Translations under genes and position numbers: made by a program
Shown here: piece by piece, positions 10,561 through 22,700 of the stretch
How positions within the stretch are numbered: position 1 is the first letter of the stretch
Layout: each line of letters begins with the position of its first letter
The notes under the pieces: model-generated
What the model was told of the DNA's origin: nothing
Seen by the model: the letters and a program-made list of their open reading frames with translations, nothing else
Database searches by the model: none
NCBI GenBank assembly: GCA_963675595.2
Contig: CAXXLZ010000001.1
Span: 160,001 to 224,000, forward strand
Direction of reading: 5' to 3'
Length of the DNA: 64,000 bases
Source of the DNA: Thermodesulfobacteriota bacterium
Lineage (GTDB): Bacteria; Desulfobacterota; Desulfarculia; JACQYL01

Positions 10561-10921
10561 GGAAGGCCCGGCAAGACGGGAAAGCCGGCTTCCTACTCTA
10601 CGGTGCCTATCTGCCTGGAGCGCCGGGCCGTCCACCGAAACGTAGGACGGCAAAGCCTGCAACCAGCCGCCTCTCGATCAATGGTTTCGCGCCGGTTTTC
10701 AGAAAGGCTCGGCTCCGTTGACTGAGAATAAACTCTGTCCGGTGCGGTCCTTGTGGAAAGGCTTTTCAGAGCAATTGTCCATTTTGACATGGTGAATGCT
10801 TGGCCGATGCGTGCATGCAAAGCGGGAGTCAACATATACATCAACAAGTATAAGGCGTTCCGGGTGGAAAACGTGATTTGATTCCGGGAACCAACCAACT
10901 TTGATTCCGAAGGGAACGATT

Positions 10922-13900
10922 ATGAACGGAAGATTATCTCCAATCGCTCGTCTGGTTGCCGTATTGTCTCTCTTGGGCGCCTTGCCGTTGATGGGATGTG
11001 GAATCGGCTACATCACGCTGAGTACAAGGCTATACGAGCTTACCGCAATGTTTTATCCTTGCTCACCCGAAAACCTACCGTGCAAATTTCAGATAAGTTC
11101 AACTGCCTCTGTAACCGGAGACATTTCGTTGTACACAGATATCGTGGAGGATTTGGGAAAAGATAAGGATAAAGCATATTACGTGTATTACAATCTTGTG
11201 ACGGAAGACAATGACGGGCTTATCGTCGAAATCCCGGATGAGCTAAAGGGCGCTACGGTAATACGGAGTCCAAGTCGTTGGGGTGATAATAGACCGCAAA
11301 ATCTAGTCTTGGATTTTGAAGACGACTTTGAGGCGCTTTATGTGGCGGTTGATAATGAAAACATACCCACATTCATACGAAGCGATACTCGTTACGTGCC
11401 TTACCAACCACAGGGTACGGATGGCGGAGGGTATAGTCAGTCACTGGTTTTGTACGTAGGCGGACAACTTAAACAAATGCGTCTTTACAAATATGACTTT
11501 GGTGACCATGACAAGACCGGCCTCTTTTCGATTCCCGGTGTTTGTTACGGAGGCCAGGAGGGGTGCGACACGTTGAATTACATTGTCTTTGTGCAACCGA
11601 ACAAGCAATGCAGTGGGGTGACGAGTTCCATCCCGGATGCTTTTAACAGATACAGGTTCTGCCTGAAGGCATCGGAGCTGGATTCATTCGATGAAGAGAT
11701 GGCGGCCATGTTGGCGTGTAATGCCAAATACGGCAGTGGTACGGAATTCTGCGCGGTAACCGGCTATGATGAGTGGACCTACTTGGGTTCCGATTGCGAG
11801 TATGACGACGGCGCCGGTTTGAGGACTTTCAGTGGGGAATCCTATGAGGTCGGCTCGATCGTCGAGTTCGACCCGGTGCGTTCCATCGCCACGATCAAGG
11901 TGGAGGACGAGGAATACACGCGGGCCGTGCGCGGTAGTCTTGATTTCGAGTACGTGCTGGACGATGAGATCAACCGCCGAATGATCGCCGTGACCGTCAA
12001 CGGTATGCAGGCGAGAATCGACGACGTGGAGGACTTTTCCGACATTTCCATGGTGTTGGTCGAACCCGCGACGGCTGCGTGCGGGGATGAAAATCCTCCC
12101 TCGGGGGAGCCCTGCTCCTTGTACACTATAAGCGCGAACGATTTTTTCAGCAGCGCGAGCGCCTCCTATGACGGAGATGTGATCGTAGCCACAGGCTACA
12201 CATCGGAACCGATCCATGTGCGGGTGGACGATCAGGACCGGTCCTTCCACATGGCCGGAGGACCCGTGGTGGGCACCATCCCCACGGACGACGGGAAAGG
12301 CGTGCGGGTGGAAGTCACGGTGGACCTCTACGGCCAAATCGTCAACTTCGCCCCCACGTTGATTGCGGACCTGGAATCACACACCAAATCCTCGTGTTCG
12401 GACAGGACCAACAAGACGCCGATTCAGTTGTACGCCTCCGGGTCTTTCGACATCTGGGACGACCTGCCTTCCAATCCCAACGAGTATTACTGGTACGAGG
12501 ACTACAGGCTCGTGACGGAGCACCTGTGGGGCCAGGGGACTCACGTGACCATCCCCGCGTATTCACTGGGCTACGGCGTGCACACCATCACCCTGGTGGT
12601 GCGGGACAACTACGGTGTCACAGCCACGGACCGGCTGGAGGTGCAGGTCGTTGATGACTCTCCCCCCAGCCTGACCATCCCCGCGGACATCATCCGGTTC
12701 CTGGTGCCGCCCGAGGAAGCGCCCGTGTACATCGATATCGGCCAAGCCACGGCGAGCGACGGTTGTTTCGGATCGCCCGTGGTCACCAACGACGCTCCGC
12801 AGGACGGCATGTTCGGGCCCGGTGCCCATACGGTTACCTGGACCGCCGACGACGGTGCCGGAAACGTTACGACCAAATTGCAGAAGGTGTACGTATCCCA
12901 ACCGTACGAAGCTTCCAAGTGTTCCGTGTGGAATGTAGACGTGGAGTTGCGGGACTCCGTCAACCAGCTCAGGGCCGCCATTCGGAATTGTGGCGATCTC
13001 CAGGACTGCCTGGTGGACGTGAGCGCATTTACCGGAGCTTTGCACTCCCTCGCGGCCCGGATTCAGCAGGATGGAACCGGGGATGCCGGCCTGGACTCCC
13101 AGATCGTGGCCAAGCTCGATCAGGCGGGAGGGTTCCTCGAAGGGGCCGAGGCCGATCTTCTGTTGTCCAACGAGTCGGGTCAGGACGCGGCAACCCTGCG
13201 TGCCGGCGCCGTCCAAAAAGTGACGGACGCCTTGGGCGCGCTGGACGGACTGGCACAGCTCCTGTATCCGTCCGACCGGATCGACGGCGTGTGGAAGGAC
13301 GGGCAGATCACGACGTCCGCGGTGACCATGAACTTCTATGTCCAGACCTATGCCACGGGCTCCACGCTGATCATTGCTTCACCGGACGGCGACACGGCCT
13401 ATGCGTTTCTGGATGAGGACGCATCCGACGGATTCGATGCAAACGATCTGGGCGGCCGGGGCCACCGGTTGACCGCCGCCTTTTCCGGCAACACCGAGGG
13501 AACGGCGACGCTGACCCTTTTGGGCGAAACGCCTCGAACCTACACCCTCAGCCGCTGGTTCGCCGCGTCGGTGTCCGACGGGTTGTCCGGAATCTACAAG
13601 GATTCGCCCTCATCCGCCCAACCCGGCGCCTCAGCGACCACCGTTTCCATGAACGCGTTCGTGCAGAGCTACGAAGACTCCTGGATCGCCATCCTTACGC
13701 CGGACGCGGTGAATTTCGAGGTGTTTCTCAATCCGGAGAAACGCAGTGGTGCGGACGTGGACGCCATGGGCGGCGGAGCGCACCTGTACGGTCTTTTTAC
13801 GGGAGACGGGACGGGCAAGGCCTCCATCGTGTACCCGGACGGCTCGATCGGGCATCTCGACCTCAATCGCTGGTTTCCGATCTCGTCTTCGGCGGGAATC

Positions 13901-15658
13901 TCCGGTCGCGTCACCACGGCTTCGGGGACGCCGCTGGCCGGCGTGGAAATGACGTGCAGCGATGTCGATTCCGCCGTCACGGACGCGTCGGGGAACTATG
14001 CGATCCAGCCGTGTCCGGGCTGGAGCGGCACGGTGACGCCTTCCAAAAGCGGCTGGTTTTTCATTCCCGGATCCAGAACCTATGCCGGGCTGGATTCGGA
14101 CCGGGCGAACCAGGACTATGTGGCGTCCGAATCCCAATCCGAAACGGTTATTCTATCCGGTTCCGTGACGACGGCCTCGATGCAGGGCATCAGCGGCGTT
14201 CTGATGACGTTCGGCGGCGGGGGCACGGAAACCACGGACGGTCTCGGGGATTACACCCATGAGGTGCTCTACAACTGGAGCGGTACATTGACGCCCTCCA
14301 AGGCCGGCTATACGTTCTTCCCCTCCTCCAAGACCATTACCAACGCAACCGAAAGCCAAACCCACGACTTTGTCGGCACGCCTGTGAACGTCGTTATTTC
14401 GGGCACGGTCAGTCGGTCTTCCGATAGTGCGCCCCTATCCGGGGTGTCGGTTTCGTACACCGGTGGCTCCACGGCCACCGACGCCTCGGGGTATTATTCC
14501 TTTGCAGTGTCGCCCGGGTGGAGCGGCACGGTAACACCGTCCAAGAGCGGCTACACGTTTTCTCCCGCTTCCAAGACGTTCACCAACGTAACCGTTTCCC
14601 AAACACAGGACTTCGTCGGCACGACGCTGAACGTGGTGGTTTCGGGTACGGTCAGCCGATCTTCCGATAGCGTGCCCCTATCCGGGGTGTCGATTTCGTA
14701 CACCGGAGGCTCCACCACCACCGACGGTTCGGGATATTATTCCTTTGAAGTGTCTCCCGGCTGGAGCGGTACGGTGACGCCGTCCAAGAGCGGCTACACG
14801 TTTTCTCCCGCTTCCAAGACGATCAACAATGTTTCAAGCGACCAGTCACAGGATTTCGTCGGCACCCTTCAGGACGTAACCGTCTCCGGACTCGTATACC
14901 AGAACGAAGCAGGTCTGGGGGTGTCCGGCGTCGCAGGTGTCGTGATTACCTATCATGATTTCCTATACTCGACCGGGTCAGCAACGACTACCGATGGTTC
15001 GGGCTACTACTCGTTCGAAGTGAAATACGGTTGGAGCGGCACACTGATGCCATCCAAAGCGGGATACGATTTCAGCCCTCCGTCCCGGAGTCTCAGCAAT
15101 GTGACGTCGAATCAGACCGATCAGAATTTCCAGGGCGCCACGCAGATGTTCACCATCTCCGGGACCATCACGGCATCCCCGGGGAGCCAGCCTCTGTTCG
15201 ACACGACCGTTTCCTACAGCGGCGGCTCCACCACCACGGACAGCTCCGGGTACTACTCGTTTGATGTGCCCTACGGCTGGAGCGGCACGGTGACGCCGTC
15301 CAGGATCGGCTTCAGCTTCAACCCGCCCTCGCGCTCCTACAGCAACGTCACTTCGGATCAAGCCGACCAGGACTTCGGTGCGGAGTTGGACATGGTAAAC
15401 GTTACGGGGACCATCACGTCCTCAACCAACGGCCAACCCATGGCGGGAGTCGCGGTGAACAGCACCGGGTCCGGATGGATGCCGTCGACCACGACGGATG
15501 CTTCCGGCAACTATCTCCTGATCCTTGCCGCGGGAACCGACGCCGTGGTGACGCCGTCCAAGGCCGGTACGACTTTCTCGCCGCCGTCACGGTCGTACAC
15601 CAATTTGACCTCGGGCCAGAGCGGACAGGATTTTGTCGGCGTTCCGGACATCGAATAA
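10922..15658 (+). CDS. Giant surface lipoprotein 2, paralog of 5840-10471
   Basis: Lipobox LMGC. Near-identical to gene 1 from SYEVGS (nt 11840) onward, with 7 repeats. Ends FVGVPDIE. Confidence 0.87.
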   Translation: MNGRLSPIARLVAVLSLLGALPLMGCGIGYITLSTRLYELTAMFYPCSPENLPCKFQISSTASVTGDISLYTDIVEDLGKDKDKAYYVYYNLVTEDNDGLIVEIPDELKGATVIRSPSRWGDNRPQNLVLDFEDDFEALYVAVDNENIPTFIRSDTRYVPYQPQGTDGGGYSQSLVLYVGGQLKQMRLYKYDFGDHDKTGLFSIPGVCYGGQEGCDTLNYIVFVQPNKQCSGVTSSIPDAFNRYRFCLKASELDSFDEEMAAMLACNAKYGSGTEFCAVTGYDEWTYLGSDCEYDDGAGLRTFSGESYEVGSIVEFDPVRSIATIKVEDEEYTRAVRGSLDFEYVLDDEINRRMIAVTVNGMQARIDDVEDFSDISMVLVEPATAACGDENPPSGEPCSLYTISANDFFSSASASYDGDVIVATGYTSEPIHVRVDDQDRSFHMAGGPVVGTIPTDDGKGVRVEVTVDLYGQIVNFAPTLIADLESHTKSSCSDRTNKTPIQLYASGSFDIWDDLPSNPNEYYWYEDYRLVTEHLWGQGTHVTIPAYSLGYGVHTITLVVRDNYGVTATDRLEVQVVDDSPPSLTIPADIIRFLVPPEEAPVYIDIGQATASDGCFGSPVVTNDAPQDGMFGPGAHTVTWTADDGAGNVTTKLQKVYVSQPYEASKCSVWNVDVELRDSVNQLRAAIRNCGDLQDCLVDVSAFTGALHSLAARIQQDGTGDAGLDSQIVAKLDQAGGFLEGAEADLLLSNESGQDAATLRAGAVQKVTDALGALDGLAQLLYPSDRIDGVWKDGQITTSAVTMNFYVQTYATGSTLIIASPDGDTAYAFLDEDASDGFDANDLGGRGHRLTAAFSGNTEGTATLTLLGETPRTYTLSRWFAASVSDGLSGIYKDSPSSAQPGASATTVSMNAFVQSYEDSWIAILTPDAVNFEVFLNPEKRSGADVDAMGGGAHLYGLFTGDGTGKASIVYPDGSIGHLDLNRWFPISSSAGISGRVTTASGTPLAGVEMTCSDVDSAVTDASGNYAIQPCPGWSGTVTPSKSGWFFIPGSRTYAGLDSDRANQDYVASESQSETVILSGSVTTASMQGISGVLMTFGGGGTETTDGLGDYTHEVLYNWSGTLTPSKAGYTFFPSSKTITNATESQTHDFVGTPVNVVISGTVSRSSDSAPLSGVSVSYTGGSTATDASGYYSFAVSPGWSGTVTPSKSGYTFSPASKTFTNVTVSQTQDFVGTTLNVVVSGTVSRSSDSVPLSGVSISYTGGSTTTDGSGYYSFEVSPGWSGTVTPSKSGYTFSPASKTINNVSSDQSQDFVGTLQDVTVSGLVYQNEAGLGVSGVAGVVITYHDFLYSTGSATTTDGSGYYSFEVKYGWSGTLMPSKAGYDFSPPSRSLSNVTSNQTDQNFQGATQMFTISGTITASPGSQPLFDTTVSYSGGSTTTDSSGYYSFDVPYGWSGTVTPSRIGFSFNPPSRSYSNVTSDQADQDFGAELDMVNVTGTITSSTNGQPMAGVAVNSTGSGWMPSTTTDASGNYLLILAAGTDAVVTPSKAGTTFSPPSRSYTNLTSGQSGQDFVGVPDIE

Positions 15659-15891
15659 ACCTTTCACCTTCGGTTTCGGGAGGTTCGTTGCGTTCTCATC
15701 GCACATGGACCGAATTGTTTCGACTTTGTCCGTTGGCAGCCGCCGTGAACGAAACGGGTTGGTTCTTTTCATACCGGTCCGTAACGACAGCGGCCTTTCA
15801 GGGACTTCACGGAAAACAAAGGGTGTGAACGATTTTATCGGCGTTCTCCACGATTGTTCCAATTTGTGCGGAAAAATAAAGGGAGACAGGC

Positions 15892-18800
15892 ATGGGAAGA
15901 AGAAGCTGTTTTATGACGGGGCTTGCCTTGTTTTTTCTCGGGGTGTTCCTTTCGGGCAACGTCATGGCCCAGTATCAGGGCATCTGGAAGGACGATGTAT
16001 CCGAGCACGCACATAATTTCTACATTCAACATTATGCGACCGGTTCAACCATCGTTGTCTATACGCAGGACGCGCGAACCTTTTATGCGTTTGTATCGGA
16101 CATGGCAGACGAGGAGTTCGATGCGTATTCCATGGATCCAGCCCGAAGCAAGCGATTGAATATCGCGTTCTTATCCGACGAGTCGGGCACGGCAACCATT
16201 ACCGACAATTCAGAGTCATCGCCACAGCCGGTACAAGTGGCGATACGCAAGGAATTCAACGCGATACGTACGCAGCATTCGGGCATATGGAAAGACCCGA
16301 GCAACTCGGTCAACATCTATCTCCAGGAATACGAAACCGGATCCACCATCGTGGTGTTCACGTTCGACGGCCTGAATTATCAAGCCTTTCTGGGGGCCGT
16401 TGACGAGGCGAGTCTTGAAGCCAATAACGTCGCGGATCAGAGCGAAGTGATGACGTTGGATTTCTCCGACATCAGTGCAGCCTACGTACAGGTTTCCTCT
16501 TCGGACATCTCATCCGCGGCTATCCCCAATGGCGGCTTCTCCTATGATATTCTAAAGAAATTTCCGCCCCCTGAATTCGACTACTGTTTCACGGCCAACC
16601 CGCGTTACGGCACGGCTCCGCTGGAAGTCCAGTTTCAAGATGTGTCTCTGCAGCCCGCCTCGTCATGGACTTGGTTTTTTGGGGACGGGGAGACCAGTGG
16701 GGAAAAGAACCCTGTGCACACCTATGCCCAGCCCGGTACGTATAGCGTGTCTTTGGGCCTCAGCTGCCAAGACGGCTTTTTGTTGCTCGTGACCTCTGAT
16801 TACATACATGTTTTTGAAACTTGGGACCCGGTCATATCCGGCACGATCACGGTGGCGGAGGGAGGCACGGGGCTTCCCTACGCCGGCGTCGATTTCAGCA
16901 ACGGCGGCGGATCCTGTACGGCCGACGGCGAGGGATACTACGTTCATCAAACATCCGACGGATGGAACGGAACGGCGACTCCATCTTCCACCGGATACAT
17001 CTTCGATCCGGCGGACCGCACCTATGTTTATGTCACCTCGGACAAACCGGGCGACGACTATGTGGCCACCGGAGTCGAGACGGTAAACATTTCGGGAAGG
17101 GTGACTACGCCCGGAGGGGGCGCGGAGGATGTGACCATCACACTCAGTAACGGCGCCGGGAACGCGGTTACGGACTTCAATGGATACTACAACGTGCAGG
17201 TCCCTAAAGGATGGAGCGGTACCGTTACGCCGTATGCCGAGAACGTCGTGTTTGAGCCTTCCCAACGAGCCTTCACCCAGGTCGACTCGAACCAGGCGGA
17301 TCAGAACTTCCTGGTATATGTCCAAATAGCGGGCCTCATCATCAAGGGTGACGTTACACAACCCTGTGGGGAGTCGCGTTTCTCCACACCCGTCAGCGGC
17401 GTAACAGTGGTTGCCGTCCAGGGGAGCGATACATGGACGGCGCTGACCAATGCGTCGGGGGCGTATGACCTGCGGGTGCCTTTCGGATTTACCGGTGTGG
17501 CTACGCCGGAGAAGGAAGGTTGGGTCTTCTCTCCGGAGCAGCGTCAATATACAAACATTTCCTCCAACGTATCGTCGGATCAACTGAGTGACGGAATAAA
17601 CTTCGTCGGTGTTGTTTACGAACCTTTCCCCGTGTCCGGGCGGGTGACCGATGCGGGTGTCGGCCTCGCCGGCGTAACTGTGGAGTTCGACAACTCGGGG
17701 GGCACCGCCTTGACGGACGGCGACGGCTACTACAGCATGGAGATGGATCCTCTGTGGGGTGGACACATAACCCCGTCTCTGGAAGGGTATACCTTCGTTC
17801 CCCTATTTGCCACATTGGACCCTTATCTCTCTTGTGATTCTACGCATGTCGATTTCGTCGTCACGCCTGAAGCCGAGGTTACCATATCCGGGTATGTTCG
17901 GACCGAGTCGGGCACGCCTCTCGGTGGGGTAGTATTGGACTTTGGGAGCGCCGGGGAGACCCAGACCTTCTTTTCGGGCGCCTATTCAAAGGCGGTCCCG
18001 GTCGGCTGGAGCGGCACGGTGACGGCGTCCAAAAGCGGCTACACGTTTTCGCCCACTTCCAAGACATTCAGCAATGTAACCACCCACCAGACGCAGGATT
18101 TCCTGGGCATGCCCACGACTGTAACCATATCGGGCGTGGTCGGGACATCGTCCGGCAGCCCCATGAGCGGCGTGGGATTGACGTTCAGCGGTTCCGACGG
18201 GACTGTTACGACCACAACGGATGTTTCCGGCCATTACAGCAGGGCGGTGACCTATGGCTGGAGCGGCACGGTGACGGCGTCCAAGAGCGGCTACACGTTT
18301 TCACCCACCTCCAAGACGTTCAGCAATGTAACCGCCGACCAGACGCAGAACTTCACCGGTACGGCGCAGAGCGTCCTCATTTCGGGGACCGTCAGCCGGT
18401 CTTCCGATGGTGCGCCCCTATCCGGAGTGTCGGTTTCGTACACCGGAGGCTCCACCACTACCGACAGTTCGGGGTATTATTTCTTTCAGGCGGCTTCCGG
18501 TTGGAGCGGCACGGTGACGCCGTCCAAAGGCGGCTACACGTTTTCTCCCGCTTCCAAGACGTTCAGCAATGTAACCACCGATCAGACGCAGAACTTCGTC
18601 GGCACGGCGTTGAAGATCGCGGTCTCGGGAAACGTGTATCAGAGCGAAGGAGGGTATGGCTCGTCCGGTGTCGTGGGGGTCACGGTCTCCTATACCGGAG
18701 GCACAACAACGACCAATAGTTCGGGTGACTATTCCTTCGAAGTGAATTCCGGCTGGAGCGGCACGGTGACCCCGTCCAAAGCGGGATATGACTTTGATCC

Positions 18801-19380
18801 TTCCTCCCGGAGCTACAGCAACATCACTTCGAATCAGACCCATCAGAACTACGTGGGCACCGCGCAGACGTTCACCATTTCCGGAACCATCACGGCCTCC
18901 CCGGGCAGTCAGCCTCTGTTCGATACGACCGTTTCCTACAGCGGCGGCTCCACCACCACGAACAGCTCCGGGTACTACTCGTTTGATGTGTCCTACGGCT
19001 GGAGCGGCACGGTGACGCCGTCCAGGATCGGCTTCAGTTTCAACCCGCCCTCGCGCTCCTACAGCAACGTCACTTCGAACAAGACGAGCCAAGACTTCGG
19101 CGCGGAGTTGGACATGGTAAACGTTACGGGGACCATCACGTCCTCAACCAACGGCCAACCCATGGTGGGAGTCGCGGTGAACAGCACCGGGTCCGGATGG
19201 ATGCCGTCGAGCACGACGGACGCTTCCGGCAACTACCTCCTGATTCTTGCCGCGGGAACCAACGCCGTGGTGACGCCGTCCAAGGCCGGTACGACTTTCT
19301 CGCCGCCGTCCCGGTCGTACACCAATTTGACCTCGGGCCAGAGCGGACAGAATTTTGTCGGCATTCCGGACATCGAATAA
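15892..19380 (+). CDS. Secreted surface protein 3: tandem GxWK domains, PKD domain, 10 carboxypeptidase-regulatory-like repeats
   Basis: Sec signal ending VMA-Q. PKD motif SWTWFFGDG...NPVHTYAQPGTYSVSL. GWSGTVTP repeats. RBS AAGGGAG. Confidence 0.88.
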   Translation: MGRRSCFMTGLALFFLGVFLSGNVMAQYQGIWKDDVSEHAHNFYIQHYATGSTIVVYTQDARTFYAFVSDMADEEFDAYSMDPARSKRLNIAFLSDESGTATITDNSESSPQPVQVAIRKEFNAIRTQHSGIWKDPSNSVNIYLQEYETGSTIVVFTFDGLNYQAFLGAVDEASLEANNVADQSEVMTLDFSDISAAYVQVSSSDISSAAIPNGGFSYDILKKFPPPEFDYCFTANPRYGTAPLEVQFQDVSLQPASSWTWFFGDGETSGEKNPVHTYAQPGTYSVSLGLSCQDGFLLLVTSDYIHVFETWDPVISGTITVAEGGTGLPYAGVDFSNGGGSCTADGEGYYVHQTSDGWNGTATPSSTGYIFDPADRTYVYVTSDKPGDDYVATGVETVNISGRVTTPGGGAEDVTITLSNGAGNAVTDFNGYYNVQVPKGWSGTVTPYAENVVFEPSQRAFTQVDSNQADQNFLVYVQIAGLIIKGDVTQPCGESRFSTPVSGVTVVAVQGSDTWTALTNASGAYDLRVPFGFTGVATPEKEGWVFSPEQRQYTNISSNVSSDQLSDGINFVGVVYEPFPVSGRVTDAGVGLAGVTVEFDNSGGTALTDGDGYYSMEMDPLWGGHITPSLEGYTFVPLFATLDPYLSCDSTHVDFVVTPEAEVTISGYVRTESGTPLGGVVLDFGSAGETQTFFSGAYSKAVPVGWSGTVTASKSGYTFSPTSKTFSNVTTHQTQDFLGMPTTVTISGVVGTSSGSPMSGVGLTFSGSDGTVTTTTDVSGHYSRAVTYGWSGTVTASKSGYTFSPTSKTFSNVTADQTQNFTGTAQSVLISGTVSRSSDGAPLSGVSVSYTGGSTTTDSSGYYFFQAASGWSGTVTPSKGGYTFSPASKTFSNVTTDQTQNFVGTALKIAVSGNVYQSEGGYGSSGVVGVTVSYTGGTTTTNSSGDYSFEVNSGWSGTVTPSKAGYDFDPSSRSYSNITSNQTHQNYVGTAQTFTISGTITASPGSQPLFDTTVSYSGGSTTTNSSGYYSFDVSYGWSGTVTPSRIGFSFNPPSRSYSNVTSNKTSQDFGAELDMVNVTGTITSSTNGQPMVGVAVNSTGSGWMPSSTTDASGNYLLILAAGTNAVVTPSKAGTTFSPPSRSYTNLTSGQSGQNFVGIPDIE

Positions 19381-19711
19381 ACTTTTCGTAGAGATTCACC
19401 GGGGAAGACTGTCGAGGAAGTCCTCCCCGGCTCCCTGCAAAACGACCTGAGCCGGTCTTAACGCCTCCGGCGAAGAGGCCGGCGGCGAAAATGAATTCCG
19501 GGAAACCAGGATTTCGGGGAGGGGACGGTCCAAGCGCCTTCGCGGCCTCTAAGGATGATCGCGTTCTCACCACACATGGACTCGACTTTTTCGACTGTGT
19601 TCGTTTGCAGCGGCCGTCAAGGGAATCCACGGAAAACACGGGGCGTGAACAATTTTATAGGCGTTCTCCATGATTGTTCCAATTTGTGTGGAAAAATAAA
19701 GGGAGACAGGC

Positions 19712-22700
19712 ATGGGAAGAAGAAGCTGTTTTATGACGGGGCTTGCCTTGTTTTTTCTCGGGGTGTTCCTTTCGGGCAACGTGATGGCTCAGTACCAGGG
19801 CATCTGGAAGGACGATGTATCCGAGCACGCACATAATTTCTACATTCAACATTATGCGACCGGTTCAACCATCGTCGTTTACACGCAGGACGCCCGAACC
19901 TTTTATGCGTTTATATCGGATATGGCCGACGAGGAGTTCGATGCGTATTCCATGGATCCTGCCCGAAGCAAGCGATTGAATATCGCGTTCTCATCCGACG
20001 AGTCGGGCACGGCAACCATCACCGACAATTCAGAGCCATCGCCACAGCCGGTACAAGTGGCGATCCGCAAAGAATTCAACGCCATACGAACGCAGCATTC
20101 GGGCATATGGAAAGACCCGAGCAACTCGGTCAACATCTATCTCCAGGAATACGAAACCGGATCCACCATCGTGGTGTTCACATTCGACGGCCTGAATTAT
20201 CAAGCCTTTCTGGGATCCATTGACGAGGCGAGCCTCGAAGCCAATAACGTCGCGGATCAGAGCGAAGTGATGACGCTGGATTTCTCCGACATCAGCGCAG
20301 CCTACGTACAGGTTTCCTCCTCGGACATCTCATCCGCGGGTTACCCGGAGGACGGCTTCTCCTATGATATTCTAAAGAAATTTCCGCCCCCTGAATTCGA
20401 CTATTGTTTCACGGCCGACCCTCGTTACGGCACGGCCCCGCTGGATGTCCAGTTTCAAGATTTGTCTCTGGAGAACGCCGCGTCATGGTCCTGGTTTTTT
20501 GGGGACGGGGAGACCAGTTCAGAAAAAGACCCTGTGCACACCTATGCCCAGCCCGGCACGTATAGCGTGTCTTTAGGTGTCAGCTCCCAAAGCGGGTACT
20601 ATTTCTTGGTGGCCCATGATTACATACATGTTTTTGAAACTTCGGATCCGGTCATATCAGGCACGATCACGGTGGCGGAGGGCGGGACGGGGCTTCCCTA
20701 CGCCGACGTCGATTTCAGCAACGGCGGCGGGTCCTGCACGGCCGACGGCGAGGGATACTACGTTCATCAAACATCCGATGGTTGGAGCGGAACGGCGACC
20801 CCGTCTTCCACCGGATACATCTTCGATCCGGCGGACCGCACCTATGTTTATGTCACCTCGGACAAACCGGGCGACGACTACGTAGCCGGCGCTGTGGAAA
20901 CGGTAACCATATCGGGACGGGTGACCACGCCCGGAGGGGGTGCGGAGGATGTGACCATCACACTCAGTAACGGCGCCGGCAACGCGGTTACGGACCTCAA
21001 TGGATACTACAGCGTGCAGGTCCCCAAAGGATGGAGCGGCACCGTTACGCCGTATGCCGAAGACGTCGTGTTTGAGCCTTCCCAACGAGTCTTCAGCCAG
21101 GTCGACTCGAACCAGGTGGACCAGAACTTCTTGGTCTATGTTCAAATAGCGGGGCTCATCGAGACACTTTCCTGCACGCCGTCGCTTGTTCCTATACCTG
21201 CCACCGGTGTGACGGTGGTCGCCGCCCAAGGGAGCGATACATGGACGGCACCGACCAACGCGTCGGGGGCGTATGACTTGCGGGTGCCTTTCGGATTTAC
21301 CGGTGTGGTTACGCCGGAGAAGGAAGGTTGGGTCTTCTCTCCGGACCAGACTGCATATGTGAATCTTTCTTCCAACCAATCCGGTTACTTCCTCGGTTTC
21401 GTATCCGATGCCTACGTCGTGTCCGGGCGGGTGACCGAGGGAGGGGTCGGCCTCGCCGGTGTAACGATAGAATTCAGCAACTCGGGAGGCACCGTCCTAA
21501 CGGACGGCGGCGGCAACTACAGCATGGAATTGGATCCTCTGTGGGGTGGAGTCGTAACCCCGGCTCTGGAGGGATATACCTTCGATCCCCCGAGCGTGTC
21601 ATTTGTTCCCTATCTTCCTTGTGATGTTCCGAATACGGATTTTACGGCCGAGGCTGGAACCGAACCCCAAGTCACCATATCCGGGTATGTTCGAACCGAG
21701 TCGGGCGCGCCTCTCAGTGGAGTTCTATTGACCTTTGGGAGCGCCGGGGAGGCCCAGACCAACACTTCCGGGGCCTATACAAAGACGGTCCCGGTCGGCT
21801 GGAGCGGCACGGTGATTCCGTACAAATCCGACTACTCTTTTTCCCCTTCTTCGAAGACGTTCAGCAACGTTTCGGGCGACCAGACGCAGGATTTCGTGGG
21901 CATGCCCGATTATGTGACCGTGTCGGGCACGGTGGAAACGTCGTCGGGCACCCCCATGAGCGGCGTGGGATTGACGTTCAGCGGTTCCGACGGGACGGTC
22001 ACAACCACCACGGATGCTTCAGGCAATTACAGCCGGCAGGTGTCCTATGGTTGGAGCGGCACGGTGACGCCGTCCAAAACCGGTTACACGTTTTCTCCCG
22101 CTTCCAAGACATTCAGCAATGTAACCGATGACAAGACGCAGGATTTCGTCGGCACGGTACCGGTGATCACCGTCTCGGGAACCGTGTACCAGAATGAAGC
22201 GGGCATCGGCATATCCGGTGTCTCGGGTGTCGCCATCTCCTATACCGGGGGATCAACGACCACCGACGGTTGGGGCTACTATTCCTTTGAAGTGACTTCC
22301 GGCTGGAGCGGCACGGTGACCCCGTCCAAAACGGGATATGATTTCAGTCCTTCCTCCCGAAGTCTCAGCAATGTAACGTCGAATCAGACCGATCAGAACT
22401 TCCTAGGCACCACGCAGATGTTCACCATTTCCGGAACCATTACCGCATCACCCGGAAGCCAGCCCCTGTTCGATACGACCGTTTCCTACAGCGGCGGCTC
22501 CACCAGCACCAACAGCTCCGGGTACTACTCGTTTAATGTGTCCTACGGCTGGAGCGGCACGGTGACGCCGTCCAGGATCGGCTTCAGTTTCAACCCGCCC
22601 TCGCGCTCCTACAGCAACGTCACCTCGGATCAAGCCAACCAGAACTTCGGCGCGGAGTTGGACATGGTAAACGTTACGGGGACCATCACGTCCTCAACCA

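Noticed and set aside
10622-10700. Possible c-di-GMP-I (GEMM) riboswitch upstream of surface gene 2 (GAAA...GGACGGCAAAGCC)
   Set aside because: It lacks the 5' GGCAAAC element and a convincing second stem; it is better explained as a simple hairpin. A cmscan would settle it.
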